Assembly (NCBI GenBank): GCA_963727445.1 | Contig: CAVSGI010000021.1 | Coordinates: 128,001-192,000, forward strand | Source of the DNA: an uncultured delta proteobacterium | GTDB lineage: Bacteria > Myxococcota_A > Polyangia > Polyangiales > B10-G4 | Length of the DNA: 64,000 nucleotides | Direction of reading: 5' to 3' | Shown: positions 20,859 through 30,769 of the stretch, in pieces | Layout: every line of letters starts with the position of its first letter | Position numbering within the stretch: the stretch's first letter is position 1 | Program-made: the position numbers and the translations under genes | Notes under the pieces: generated by a model | What the model was told of the DNA's origin: nothing | What the model saw: the letters and a program-made list of their open reading frames with translations, nothing else | Database searches by the model: none

Positions 20859-21806
20859 ATGCTTCGGTGCTCGGGACTCGTCTCATTCGTCATTTTCACC
20901 GCGTTGCCCGCGGTCGCAGCCGCCCAGGGCGGCGCCGACGTGGACGTCGACGTCGATGTCGAGGTCGTCGCCACCGGAGGCACCGGCCCCGCCGACCGAG
21001 CCGAAGGCGTCCAGGTCATCCGAGAAGGGGACGGTGGCGACCCGACGGAGCCCCGCATCCTCACCGTCCGCCAGCCGCCGCGCGAGCCCGGCCCCGCCGA
21101 GCTCACCGTCTACCAGCCGCCCCCCGAGCCCGACGTCATCGTCGTCGAAGCCATCCCCCTGCCTGCCCAGCCCTACGGTGACCCCGAGCCCGCCGAGCCA
21201 GCGCCAGAGGCCGCCATCGCCTGGATGCGCTGGGGCGTCTTCATGGAAGAGCTCTCCCTCGGTAGCCTCGGCCTCGCCTTCGACCACCCCGAGGTCAACG
21301 CCATCGACGGCGCCACCGTCCCCCTCGCCGAGCCTTGGGGCTCACCCCTCGTCGGCGGCTTCAACTTCGGCTCCGGCGCGCGTCCGCTCCCCTGGCTGCG
21401 TCTGCCCGAGATCTCCCTGAGCATCGGCGGGGGCTCCGCCGACGGCGCCTGGGTCGCCATGACCGACGGCTCCGGCGACTTCCAAGCGCGCCTCACCTCC
21501 ATGCTCCTGCTCCGCGCCGAGGTCGCCGGCGGTGTCGAGCTCGACCTCGGCCCCATCCGCCCCTTCGCCCTCGGCCGCATCGGCGTCGCCGGCTACTTCG
21601 TCGACGCCGACATCCGTCACGCGGAGCTCGGCGACCTCGGCACCGAGACGCTCAGCACGGCGGCCTTCGAGACCGGCTTCGACGTAGGGCTCGCCATCCG
21701 CATCGCCGACAACTTCCACGTCACCGCCCAGTGGCGCGAGACCTTCGGCGACGCCCGCTGGCGCGGCGCGATGATCGGCATCTCCGGCGGCATCCCCGGC
21801 GACTGA
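20859..21806 (+). CDS. Secreted hypothetical protein, probable outer-membrane beta-barrel with Pro-rich N-linker
   Basis: Signal peptide ..PAVAAA-Q; alternating amphipathic strands in the C-terminal half. Confidence 0.6.
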   Translation: MLRCSGLVSFVIFTALPAVAAAQGGADVDVDVDVEVVATGGTGPADRAEGVQVIREGDGGDPTEPRILTVRQPPREPGPAELTVYQPPPEPDVIVVEAIPLPAQPYGDPEPAEPAPEAAIAWMRWGVFMEELSLGSLGLAFDHPEVNAIDGATVPLAEPWGSPLVGGFNFGSGARPLPWLRLPEISLSIGGGSADGAWVAMTDGSGDFQARLTSMLLLRAEVAGGVELDLGPIRPFALGRIGVAGYFVDADIRHAELGDLGTETLSTAAFETGFDVGLAIRIADNFHVTAQWRETFGDARWRGAMIGISGGIPGD

Positions 21807-21864
21807 GCCCGTCGACTGCCGTACGGGCGTCGAGCCGCGGGTCCGAAGGCGCTATGCTCCGCCC

Positions 21865-22176
21865 ATGGACGAACAAACGCGCACTCGCGTCGAAGCCGCC
21901 GTCTTCCGCCGCCTCGTCTCGCACTTCCAGGCGCATCCCGAGGTGCAGAACATCGAGCTGATGGTGCTCGCCGACTTCTGCCGCAACTGCCTGAGCAAGT
22001 GGTACCGCGCGGCCGCGGAAGAAGAGGGCGTGTCCCTCGAGGACCTCGAAGCGCGCGAGATCATCTACGGCATGCCCTACGCCGACTGGAAGGCGAAGTA
22101 CCAGAAGGAAGCGACGCCGGAGCAGAAGGCCGCCTATGACGCGCGCCAGGCGAAGAAGGCAGCGGCGAAGAGCTGA
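21865..22176 (+). CDS. DUF1244 family protein
   Basis: EAAVFRRLV.H....VQNIELM.LA.FCRNCLSKWY...YGMPY.DWK. Confidence 0.9.
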   Translation: MDEQTRTRVEAAVFRRLVSHFQAHPEVQNIELMVLADFCRNCLSKWYRAAAEEEGVSLEDLEAREIIYGMPYADWKAKYQKEATPEQKAAYDARQAKKAAAKS

Positions 22177-22179
22177 TGC

Positions 22180-22836
22180 TCAGACGCCGGTCGCGTCCGG
22201 CGGCCAGACGTGCTTGTGCATCTGGAGCTGAAAGCGCACCGGCAGCCCGTCCTCGAGGATCCACGCGACGAGCGCCTTCGGGTCGAGCGCGCCGTGAACC
22301 GGCGACAGCAGCACCGCGTTCACCTTCTCGTCGAGCCTTAGCGCGCGCACCTTCTGTCGCGCCCACTCGTAGTCACCGCGATCCTGAATCACGATCTTCA
22401 CCTCGTCGCGATCCGTCAGGAGCGCCACGTTCGCCCAGCGGTTCCTCTCGCTCTCCCCCGAGGCCGGCGCCTTGAGGTCGACGATGCGATGCACTCGCGG
22501 GTCGATCCCCGCGATGTCCCGCTCCCCGCTCGTCTCCACCAGCACCGTCCGCCCCGCTTCGCAGAGCTCGTGCATCAGCGCCCGCGCCCCCGGCTGTAGG
22601 AGCGGCTCCCCGCCCGTGAGCTCGACCAGCTCGGTCCCGTGCCCCAGCGCCGCTTCGAGCACCGCCGCCCGAGTCATTCGCTCGCCCTCGTAGAAGGCGT
22701 GGGGCGTGTCGCACCAGCTGCAGCGCAGGTTGCAGCCCGTGAGGCGAACGAAGGTGCAAGGCAGCCCCGCGAACGTCGACTCGCCCTGAATCGACGCGTA
22801 GATCTCGTGCACGACGAGGCTGTCTTCCTTCGCCAT
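22180..22836 (-). CDS. queE: 7-carboxy-7-deazaguanine synthase (radical SAM)
   Basis: EIYASIQGE, CNLRCSWCDT, LTGGEPLLQ, RFQLQMHK. Confidence 0.9.
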   Translation of the reverse strand: MAKEDSLVVHEIYASIQGESTFAGLPCTFVRLTGCNLRCSWCDTPHAFYEGERMTRAAVLEAALGHGTELVELTGGEPLLQPGARALMHELCEAGRTVLVETSGERDIAGIDPRVHRIVDLKAPASGESERNRWANVALLTDRDEVKIVIQDRGDYEWARQKVRALRLDEKVNAVLLSPVHGALDPKALVAWILEDGLPVRFQLQMHKHVWPPDATGV

Positions 22837-23008
22837 CGCCGGGCAGCTTAGTGCCTGCTCCAATGACATAGAAGGGTTCTCGCTCGTTCGTCGGCCGCCT
22901 CGCGGCGTCGACAAACCTCGAATGTGCGCTGCACATCCTTCGGTTTCCCTCCTTGCGACGCGACCGACGCTCGGCGCGATCATCCGCCGCCACCCTAGTC
23001 AAGTAGTG

Positions 23009-24448
23009 CTAGTCCTCGGCGACGCCCTCGGCACGCGACTCGAAGACACTGACGATCAGATACGCCACCGCGCTCATGGCCGCGGCGGTCAGGCCCACCG
23101 GCGTGCCGAGCTGGAAGAAGGTCTCGAAGCCCAGGATGACGTGGGGGAGCCAGACGGCGACCCCGACCGCCATCGACACCAGCGCCGCCTTCTCGCCGCC
23201 GCGCTCGGTGAAGAGGCCGAAGGTGAGGGGCACGAAGAGCCCCACCAGGCCGATCTCGTACGCGGTCTCGAGCAGCCCGTAGGCGTCCTCGCCCAGGTAC
23301 GCCATCGTGAGGCTCGCGAGGGTGACCAGCACCACGCTGATCTCCTGCAGGCGGAGGCTGTCGGTGCGATGGTGGGGGAGTCGGCCGAGGATGTTCTGTC
23401 CGAGCACGGTGGCCGGGCTGAGGATCGCGCTGTCGATGGTGGACAGCACCGCCGAGAGGATCGCCAGAAGGAAGATGACGGCGAGCGGCTTGGAGAGGAA
23501 GAGACTCGCCATCAGCGGGATGATCGCCTCCTGGTGATCGGGCGCGAGGATGTTCCCTGCGAGTCCGATGGCGAGGGGCACCATGCCCACGGCGAGGTAG
23601 ACCACGCCCGCCACCACGCAGGCGGCTGCTGCGACTTTGGCTGACTTCGCCGAGAAGATGCGCTGCGCGACGTCCTGACCGGGGATGTTGCCGAGGGAGC
23701 CTGCGGCGAAGACGCCGAGCCAACCCCAGAGCACGAGGAGCGACTCGGTGGGGATGGGCGTGAGCATCTCCTTGGGCGTCTCCTCGACAAGCCGCGATAC
23801 GCCCCCGCCGAAGCTCCCGTCGCCCAGCTCGACGAACACCACCACGCCCAGGATCACCAGACCCAGGATGATCAGCGCGACCTGCACCGCGTCGGTGAGC
23901 GTCACCGACCACATCCCGCCCAGCAGCGTGTAGCCCGCGCCGACGAAGGCGACGAGTGCGATGCCCAGGTTCGGATCGATCCCGAAGAAGAGATCGAGCA
24001 CGCTGGCGAGCGCGACGAACTGCGCCGCGATCCAGCCGAAGTAGCCGGGGATCATCACGATCGCGGCGGTGACCTCGGTCTTGTTGCCGAAGCGCCGCTG
24101 GTAGAAGTCGGCGAGGGTGAGCAGCTTCATCCGCCACAGCGGCCCCGCGTAGAAAAGCCCCGCGAGGATCAGACACGCGCCCGCGCCGAACGGATCGAGG
24201 GCGGCCATCCTCAGGCCGCCGGTCCGCACCTCGTCGGTGGCCGTGAGCAACGTCCCGGCGCCGAACCACGTGGCGAAGATCGTGGCCCATGCGAGAGAGA
24301 GCGGCAGGCGCCGTCCAGCGACGACGTAGTCTTCTGCCGAGTGGATCTTCCCACGTGCCCAGAAGCTCAGCCCGAAGGCGGCGATGACGTAGACCACGAG
24401 GGTGATCCCCAGAACGGGCGCGAGGTCTCGGACGGTCTCGGGGAGCAT
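23009..24448 (-). CDS. Sodium:solute symporter (SSS family)
   Basis: [39 protein letters not shown]; many TM helices. Confidence 0.9.
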   Translation of the reverse strand: MLPETVRDLAPVLGITLVVYVIAAFGLSFWARGKIHSAEDYVVAGRRLPLSLAWATIFATWFGAGTLLTATDEVRTGGLRMAALDPFGAGACLILAGLFYAGPLWRMKLLTLADFYQRRFGNKTEVTAAIVMIPGYFGWIAAQFVALASVLDLFFGIDPNLGIALVAFVGAGYTLLGGMWSVTLTDAVQVALIILGLVILGVVVFVELGDGSFGGGVSRLVEETPKEMLTPIPTESLLVLWGWLGVFAAGSLGNIPGQDVAQRIFSAKSAKVAAAACVVAGVVYLAVGMVPLAIGLAGNILAPDHQEAIIPLMASLFLSKPLAVIFLLAILSAVLSTIDSAILSPATVLGQNILGRLPHHRTDSLRLQEISVVLVTLASLTMAYLGEDAYGLLETAYEIGLVGLFVPLTFGLFTERGGEKAALVSMAVGVAVWLPHVILGFETFFQLGTPVGLTAAAMSAVAYLIVSVFESRAEGVAED

Positions 24449-24449
24449 G

Positions 24450-25553
24450 TCAGTTGAGCAGGATGGCGCCCGCCACGATGAGGCAGAGGATTCCCACGAC
24501 GATGATCAGCGCGACGAGCATTCCGCTGCGCTTCGGACGCTCGAGCTCGACATCGTCGAGGAGGTCCTCCACGTCGACCGGCGCCGGCGCGGGCGGCGGC
24601 CCCGAAGGCGGCCGAATCGAGTCGACCAGAGGCTTGCGTTCGGGGAAGAGCTCGCGCACCAGCGTCTCGATGGTGTCGGCGCTCGGGAGCGCGGCGCGCG
24701 TTTCGAGCGCCGCGAGGATCGCGTTTCGCATCTCGCCCGCGCTCTGAAACCGTTGCTCTTTCCGAGGGGCGCACGCGCGTTGGATGACCGCGTCGAGCTC
24801 CGGAGGGACCGCCGGGTTGATCTCCGCCGCTCGGGGCGGCCCGCGGAACGCGTTGATGTTGGCGATGGTCTCGGCGGCTGTCTCCTGATCGAAGAGCGCC
24901 CTGTTGGTGAACGCTTCGTACAGGCACAGGCCGAGCGCGAAGACGTCCGTGCGCGCGTCCACGTCTCCCGTGAGCTGCTCGGGCGCGAGATAGCCGAACT
25001 TGCCCTTCACGTACCCCGGCTGCGTCTTGGCGAGCTGGGTCCGCGCCTTGGCCATCCCGAAGTCGAGGAGCTTCACGCGCCCCCGGAGATCGATCATCAC
25101 GTTCGGTGGGCTCACGTCCCGATGCACCACGCCCATGAAGCGCCCTTGCTCGTCACGCAGGCGATGGGCGTAGTCGAGGGCGCTGGCGATGTCGGCGATG
25201 ATCCGCGCGGCGATGGGAACCGGGATGCCGCCGCGGCCCGCGGCGCGCGCGATGAGCTGCTTGAGCGACACGCCATCCACCCACTCCATCGCGATGTAGA
25301 AGTGCTCGCCGTCTTCGCCGACGGCGTAGACCTGACAGACGTTGGGGTGGCTGAGATGGCGCGCGAGGCGGCCCTCGTCGAGGAACATGTGGATGAAGAG
25401 CGGGTCCGCCTTGGCCTGCGGCAACAGGCGTTTGAGCGCGGCGACGCCTCTTCCACGAGGCGTGGGGCCTTCGGAGAGGAAGATCTCTCCCATCCCTCCC
25501 GCTTCGACCCAGCGCTTCAGCGTGTACGGGCCGCAGGTTCCCAGCTCGGCCAT
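24450..25553 (-). CDS. Hanks-type Ser/Thr protein kinase with C-terminal TM anchor
   Basis: [33 protein letters not shown]. Confidence 0.93.
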   Translation of the reverse strand: MAELGTCGPYTLKRWVEAGGMGEIFLSEGPTPRGRGVAALKRLLPQAKADPLFIHMFLDEGRLARHLSHPNVCQVYAVGEDGEHFYIAMEWVDGVSLKQLIARAAGRGGIPVPIAARIIADIASALDYAHRLRDEQGRFMGVVHRDVSPPNVMIDLRGRVKLLDFGMAKARTQLAKTQPGYVKGKFGYLAPEQLTGDVDARTDVFALGLCLYEAFTNRALFDQETAAETIANINAFRGPPRAAEINPAVPPELDAVIQRACAPRKEQRFQSAGEMRNAILAALETRAALPSADTIETLVRELFPERKPLVDSIRPPSGPPPAPAPVDVEDLLDDVELERPKRSGMLVALIIVVGILCLIVAGAILLN

Positions 25554-25591
25554 CGGCGCTGCATCCTACAACATTCGGGGAACAGCCTCGC

Positions 25592-26860
25592 TCATTGCTG
25601 CTCGAGCAGGGTGGTGAGCATGCCGGCGCAGCACATGAAGATGAAGCTGAACAGGACGATGATCAGCGGGATCAAGCGCGCCGGCCCCTGACCCGCGACG
25701 CGATTGCGCGCCATGGCCATCGGCCCGGCGCCTCCGACCGCGAGCCCCGCGACGCTGGCTGCGTCGTTCTGTGCGCTCTTCTCGACGATGACGGCCTGGG
25801 GGATCAGCTGTGGCGAGGCCGGCTTCATCCCGCCGGACGCGCGGCGCACCGCGGTCCCGATGGCGATCACCTCGACCAGCCCCGAGCCCATCTCCCGGAT
25901 CTGTAGCCGGTTGCCGAGGACCCGCTCGGCGCCGAGATTCGTCGCTTCCTGCCGGATCAGCTCGAGGCAATTCTCGCGGGCGTCGTAGACCAGCTTGGTC
26001 ACCTCGGGCAGCTCGCCGCGCTGGATGCTGCGGAAGAGGGCGCCGATGCCCGCGGCCACACCCAGGGAGTAGACGCTGGTCGCCATCACCAGCTGATGCG
26101 GCACCCATCCCATCGCGGAAAGGTTCCACAGCTCCTCGCCGCTGAGCTCGCTGGTCACCACCTGCGCCGCAGGCACCGGACCGCTCGACAGTGACGGATG
26201 AAACGACGCGGTGCCGGTGAGGAGCAGCTCCACCGTGCCCGGCCCATACGGAAGCATCTCCACCTTCACGTCGACCACGGCGTTCGCGCCCGCGGCCGCG
26301 GCCTCCTCCTTCAGACGGTGGAGCGCCGTGTGGCGGATCTCGTTGTACATCGAGCTGAACTCTTTCACCTCGCCCCGCGCGAGCGTGCGGAAGGAGCCCA
26401 TCACACCGCGACCGACGCCGAGGGCGTAGGCGATGTTGCCCATCACGAACTTGCGCGGCTGGTAGCCGGAGTCGACCTGACAGTAGAGGCCGATGCCGCT
26501 GGCGGCGCTCGAGAAGAAGGGCGCGGAGTTGGTGCCGCTCTCGGTATGCACCGCGGTCCCCTGTGCGAAGAACTCGGTGAAGCCTGCCATGCTTCCGAGC
26601 CGCGTCTCGACGCCGGTGATCCCCTGCGCCCCTTCGCGCTGGGCCTCTTCTTCCATGCGCTGGATCGCCGAGTGACGGCCGTCGCTGATCATGGAAGTGA
26701 TCTGCGTGATCTCGCCACCGGCGACCGAGCGACCCATGGCGCCGAGGGCGCCGCCGAGGCCCATCGCGTAGACACTGTTGCCCACCGTGATCTCGCCCGG
26801 CGTCAGCCCCTTCAGCGCCAGACAGTAGATCTCGTTCCCGCTCATTCCGGAGATGAACAT
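25592..26860 (-). CDS. Multi-YbjQ (UPF0145/heavy-metal-binding) domain membrane protein
   Basis: Three repeats of GE(I/V/L)..(T/S)....R..A..R...EA...GA..V; C-terminal TM; GGAGG RBS. Confidence 0.75.
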   Translation of the reverse strand: MFISGMSGNEIYCLALKGLTPGEITVGNSVYAMGLGGALGAMGRSVAGGEITQITSMISDGRHSAIQRMEEEAQREGAQGITGVETRLGSMAGFTEFFAQGTAVHTESGTNSAPFFSSAASGIGLYCQVDSGYQPRKFVMGNIAYALGVGRGVMGSFRTLARGEVKEFSSMYNEIRHTALHRLKEEAAAAGANAVVDVKVEMLPYGPGTVELLLTGTASFHPSLSSGPVPAAQVVTSELSGEELWNLSAMGWVPHQLVMATSVYSLGVAAGIGALFRSIQRGELPEVTKLVYDARENCLELIRQEATNLGAERVLGNRLQIREMGSGLVEVIAIGTAVRRASGGMKPASPQLIPQAVIVEKSAQNDAASVAGLAVGGAGPMAMARNRVAGQGPARLIPLIIVLFSFIFMCCAGMLTTLLEQQ

Positions 26861-26924
26861 TCGGCCTCCTCGTCGGCGGCGAAGATAACAGGCAACCGGC
26901 CCGTCGTCGGGCCGATAAGCGGCC

Positions 26925-27683
26925 ATGCTCCCGCTGGGTCGTTCCACGCGACTGGGGACCGCGATGGTCGCGGTCACGGTCCACCTCCTCACTACCGCGT
27001 GCACCGGCTCATCACCGGCGCACACGGAGCTCGCCGAAGCCGTCGCGGTCGGTCGAGAGGCATCGGGGCTTCTTGGTCGGGTGGCTCACTTTTGTGGGCC
27101 GGCGACCGACGCGTCGGCACCGGTGGGCATCTGCCACCCGGTCGTAGAGCGCGGCCCAGCGGGAGCATCCTTTTACGACGAGCCCCACGCCATCGAGTTC
27201 CATTTCGAAAGCGCCGACGGCCAGATGGTCCTCGATTATCGCTCCGAGGCCGAGGACGGGGTGCGCGAGACGGCCCTCTCCGGGCGCGCCTTTCTCTTTG
27301 GGCGCGCTCACATCCTCAGCCTCTGGTCGCTCACCGTGGCTCGCGCCAGCACCGACTTCGAGGAGGTCGAGGACGCCTTGCGGGCGCGCATCGAAGGAGA
27401 CGACCGGCTCATCGAGCTCGAAGAGGTGCGCTATCACCTCCGCGAGGACGGCGAGGAATCGTTCTACCGAACCTACTGGGACTCCTGGCAGACGCCGCTG
27501 GGCCTCTTCGAGCTCGAGGACGGGCGTTACGAGGGCTATCGCTCCCCGATGGGGAGGTGGCACCTGAGCGCCGAGGGCCTGGTGCGCCTCGACGGCGCGG
27601 ACGTCGGCGAGGTGGCCCTCGGAGGCCCGGTGGACGCTCGGCGTGCGGTCGTGCGGACTCCGGATGGGGACATCGAGCTCTAG
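26925..27683 (+). CDS. Hypothetical lipoprotein
   Basis: Putative lipobox LTTA-C; codon usage fits the genome; start uncertain. Confidence 0.55.
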   Translation: MLPLGRSTRLGTAMVAVTVHLLTTACTGSSPAHTELAEAVAVGREASGLLGRVAHFCGPATDASAPVGICHPVVERGPAGASFYDEPHAIEFHFESADGQMVLDYRSEAEDGVRETALSGRAFLFGRAHILSLWSLTVARASTDFEEVEDALRARIEGDDRLIELEEVRYHLREDGEESFYRTYWDSWQTPLGLFELEDGRYEGYRSPMGRWHLSAEGLVRLDGADVGEVALGGPVDARRAVVRTPDGDIEL

Positions 27684-27769
27684 ATGAACGACCACGATTC
27701 TGGAACGTTCCTCGCTCGTCTGCGACGCCGCTCGTCCGCACGCGGCCCTGCGGTGTACGATGGGATCAG

Positions 27770-29809
27770 ATGAACCCACGCCGTCTCCTTCCCCTCCTCC
27801 TCGCCCACCTCGCCCTCCTCACCCTCTCCGCCTGCGCCGCCACACCCGAAGCCTCGCCATGCACCACCAGCGCCGAGTGCGAGTCGGGGTGGAGCTGTGT
27901 CGACGGGATGTGCCAATCACCGTCGAGCGGTGACGGCTCCATCGACGCGGCGGACATGGGGCCGGGCCGCACCATCACCAGCATCCGTATCGACCCGCCG
28001 ATGGCGGAGCTGGTGTCGGCCGACGGCGCCATGCCCACCCAGGCGTTCACCGCTTTCGCCATGTACAGCGACGGATCGGAGGCGGCCGCAACGGGCACGG
28101 TCTGGCAGAGCAGCGACCTGTCGATCGGCGAGATCGATCTCGCGGGTGGCGTCTTCACGGCGAACGGGGTCATCGGGGGCACGTCGACGATCACTGCGAC
28201 CGTGCCGACCGCCGCCGGCGACGTGTCCGGGACTGCGACCATTCGCGTGCGCCTCGAGCAGACCCTCGTGCCCGACGCCATCTCCGACGCGCCGACGCGC
28301 TTCGGCGCCGCCACCCCCATGGACGATGCGACGCGCGCCGCGGGCGTGGTCTATCCGCTCGATCAGGTGGTGATGCCCCAGAACGTCTATCCGGCGGACG
28401 TCCAGTGGACCAACGGCGCGACGGACGATCTCTTCCGCGTGACCCTGACCAAGCCCGACGCGACGGTCACCGCCTACGTCGCCTTCGACGGCATGAACCA
28501 CTATCTGGTCGACGAGTCAGCCTGGCGTTCCATCGCGCAGACCAACCCCGACGACGCGGCCACGCTGGTCGTCGATCGCCTCGAGGCGACCACCGGCAAC
28601 CTCATCTCGGGCGCCTCGAGGTCGATGACCTTCGCCCGCGCGGCGTTGACAGGCAGCGTCTACTACTGGGACATCGAGCGCGGGCGCATCGTGCGCATCG
28701 ACGACGGGACCGCCGCGCGCGTCGAGTTCATGCCCAACCCGTCTCAGGGCTGCGTCGGCTGCCACTCGGTTTCGCCTTCGGGCCGCTACATGGCCGGCCG
28801 CTTCGGCGGCGGAAACAACTTCGGCAGCGTCCTCGACCTCACCACGGATCTGACGCCGAACCCCGCGCCCACCCTCTGGTCGGCGTCGTCTCAGTACTGG
28901 TGGTTCTCGAGCTGGAATCCCGACGAGACGCGTCTCGTCGTCGCTCGAAACAGCCCACCGGTGCTGGCGCTCATCGACCCGATGACCGGCGCCGACGTCC
29001 CGGTCACCAGGGGGACGATGCCCGCCGGCACCTATCCGTCCTGGTCCCCCGACGGCACCCGCATCGCGTACATCAGCGATCAGAACGGCTGGGGTGACGC
29101 CCCCACCGTGGGCAACACCTACGTGATGCCGATCAGCGGCGACGCGGTCACCGCGCCGATGATGATCCACGCCGGCAACGCGCACGGCGCGACCACCGAC
29201 AGCTACCCGACCTGGTCGCCGGACTCGAACCTCCTCGCCATCGCCAACGGCAACGGCGCCCGGAGTGAGAGCTCGAACGCGAACCTCTACATGATGGGGC
29301 CCGACGGCAGCTCGCCCGTGCTTCTCGGCACCGCCTCCAACACCAACCTCGACTACCAGCCCCGCTTCTCACCCTTCCATCAGGGCGGCTACTACTGGCT
29401 GAGCTTCCTGTCGCGGCGCGTCTACGGCAATCCGCAGATCGGCAATGGCCTCCGGCCCGCCAACCGCATGCAGCAGATCTGGGTCACCGCCATCCGCGAC
29501 GACGCCGCTCCGGGCACCGACGGAAGCAGCGTGCCCTACTGGCTCCCCGGCCAGAACACGCAGAGCGCGAACATCTCCGCGTTCTGGGCGCCGCGCCCGT
29601 GTCGCCCCGACGGCGAGGCCTGCTCCGTCGGCTCCGAATGCTGCGGCGGCGACTGTCGCCCGCCGGCCGGCGGCGGCGAGCCCGTCTGCGCCCCGCCTCC
29701 GATGGATCGCTGTCGCCTCGCCGGCGAGACGTGCAGCACCGACGCGGACTGCTGCGAGGGCATGTCCCTCACCTGCCTCGGCCACGTCTGCGTCGCCGGC
29801 CCGGGCTGA
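27770..29809 (+). CDS. TolB-like/PD40 beta-propeller lipoprotein with Ig-like domain and Cys-rich termini
   Basis: Lipobox LSA-C; YPSWSPDG, YPTWSPDS, PRFSP repeats; CVGCH motif. Confidence 0.85.
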   Translation: MNPRRLLPLLLAHLALLTLSACAATPEASPCTTSAECESGWSCVDGMCQSPSSGDGSIDAADMGPGRTITSIRIDPPMAELVSADGAMPTQAFTAFAMYSDGSEAAATGTVWQSSDLSIGEIDLAGGVFTANGVIGGTSTITATVPTAAGDVSGTATIRVRLEQTLVPDAISDAPTRFGAATPMDDATRAAGVVYPLDQVVMPQNVYPADVQWTNGATDDLFRVTLTKPDATVTAYVAFDGMNHYLVDESAWRSIAQTNPDDAATLVVDRLEATTGNLISGASRSMTFARAALTGSVYYWDIERGRIVRIDDGTAARVEFMPNPSQGCVGCHSVSPSGRYMAGRFGGGNNFGSVLDLTTDLTPNPAPTLWSASSQYWWFSSWNPDETRLVVARNSPPVLALIDPMTGADVPVTRGTMPAGTYPSWSPDGTRIAYISDQNGWGDAPTVGNTYVMPISGDAVTAPMMIHAGNAHGATTDSYPTWSPDSNLLAIANGNGARSESSNANLYMMGPDGSSPVLLGTASNTNLDYQPRFSPFHQGGYYWLSFLSRRVYGNPQIGNGLRPANRMQQIWVTAIRDDAAPGTDGSSVPYWLPGQNTQSANISAFWAPRPCRPDGEACSVGSECCGGDCRPPAGGGEPVCAPPPMDRCRLAGETCSTDADCCEGMSLTCLGHVCVAGPG

Positions 29810-29867
29810 GCCAGCGCACGCGGCTCCCGCTTGACGTTCGGGGGGAGTGGATCAGACTGCGGCCGCC

Positions 29868-30353
29868 ATGGCCCTGGACCAAGCCTTCGTCGACGACTGC
29901 CCCTACGGACCGGGCGGCCTCCTTCTCTCCGACATCCTGCTCGTCGATCGCGAGGCGGGGCGGGTCGTCTGCGAGATGCCCACCCACGCCGAGCTCCCGC
30001 TGACCCGCGAGCAGCGCGCTCACCCGGTGCGCCATCCGCGCCACGTCTCGGGCGGGCTCATGGTGCACATGACGGGCATGGTCGGCTTCGTTCACGCCTA
30101 TTACGTCCTCGACCTCCGCCACGCCGACGGGTGGATCGGCTATGGCGGCCGCATCCACAAGGCGCGCTTCAAGGCGCTCGCGGAGCCCGGTGAGCCCATC
30201 GTCATCGACTGCCACACCACCCGCGTTCGCAAGGGCGACACCAAGGTGCTCGGTCGCTACGAGTTCGAGTTCCGCCAGGGCGACAAGGTCGTCTACGAGG
30301 GTGATCAGACGGCGCTCTGGTTGCACGTCGGCGAGGCCGAGGCGGCGGAGTGA
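29868..30353 (+). CDS. Hot-dog fold protein (FabA/FabZ-like)
   Basis: PY...LL.DI, H.SGGL, ARFKALAEPGE pattern. Confidence 0.6.
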   Translation: MALDQAFVDDCPYGPGGLLLSDILLVDREAGRVVCEMPTHAELPLTREQRAHPVRHPRHVSGGLMVHMTGMVGFVHAYYVLDLRHADGWIGYGGRIHKARFKALAEPGEPIVIDCHTTRVRKGDTKVLGRYEFEFRQGDKVVYEGDQTALWLHVGEAEAAE

Positions 30354-30766
30354 TCCACCGCGAGGTCTTCACCGTCGAGACCGGGCGCGGGCGAGGCACC
30401 TACGACCTCACGGATCGCATGCGCTCGGTGGTCGCCGCCGCTGGCGTCGACGAGGGGATCTGTTCGGTCTTCGTCCACCACACCAGCGCGTCGCTCCTGG
30501 TCAACGAGAACGCCGACCCGCAGGTGCGCCGCGACCTCGACGCCTTCTTCGCGCGCCTGGTCCCGGATGGTGACGCGCTCTTCCTCCACACCGCCGAGGG
30601 TCCCGACGACATGTCGGCGCACGTTCGCAGCGCGCTCACCCTCACCTCGCTGAACGTCCCCGTCGCCGGCGGACGTCTCGACCTCGGCACCTGGCAGGGC
30701 GTGTTCCTGTGGGAGCATCGCGCCCGACCTCACCGGCGGCGCGTCACCGTGTCCGTGCTCGGCTGA
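30350..30766 (+). CDS. yjbQ: YjbQ (UPF0047) secondary thiamine-phosphate synthase family
   Basis: HTSASLLVNENADP, H..EGPDDM.AH, LGTWQG.FLWEHR. Confidence 0.92.
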   Translation: MIHREVFTVETGRGRGTYDLTDRMRSVVAAAGVDEGICSVFVHHTSASLLVNENADPQVRRDLDAFFARLVPDGDALFLHTAEGPDDMSAHVRSALTLTSLNVPVAGGRLDLGTWQGVFLWEHRARPHRRRVTVSVLG

Positions 30767-30769
30767 GGC

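Noticed and set aside
22837..23008. preQ1 riboswitch upstream of queE
   Set aside because: No recognisable preQ1 consensus or A-rich tail seen; an Infernal search would be needed to exclude it fully
26198..27769. N-terminal extension of the 1203-aa ORF, and other long shadow ORFs (e.g. 17347-19521 minus, 37214-39658 plus, 11209-13335 plus)
   Set aside because: Antisense or alternate-frame shadows of real genes, typical of high-GC DNA; true starts were assigned from signal peptides and motifs
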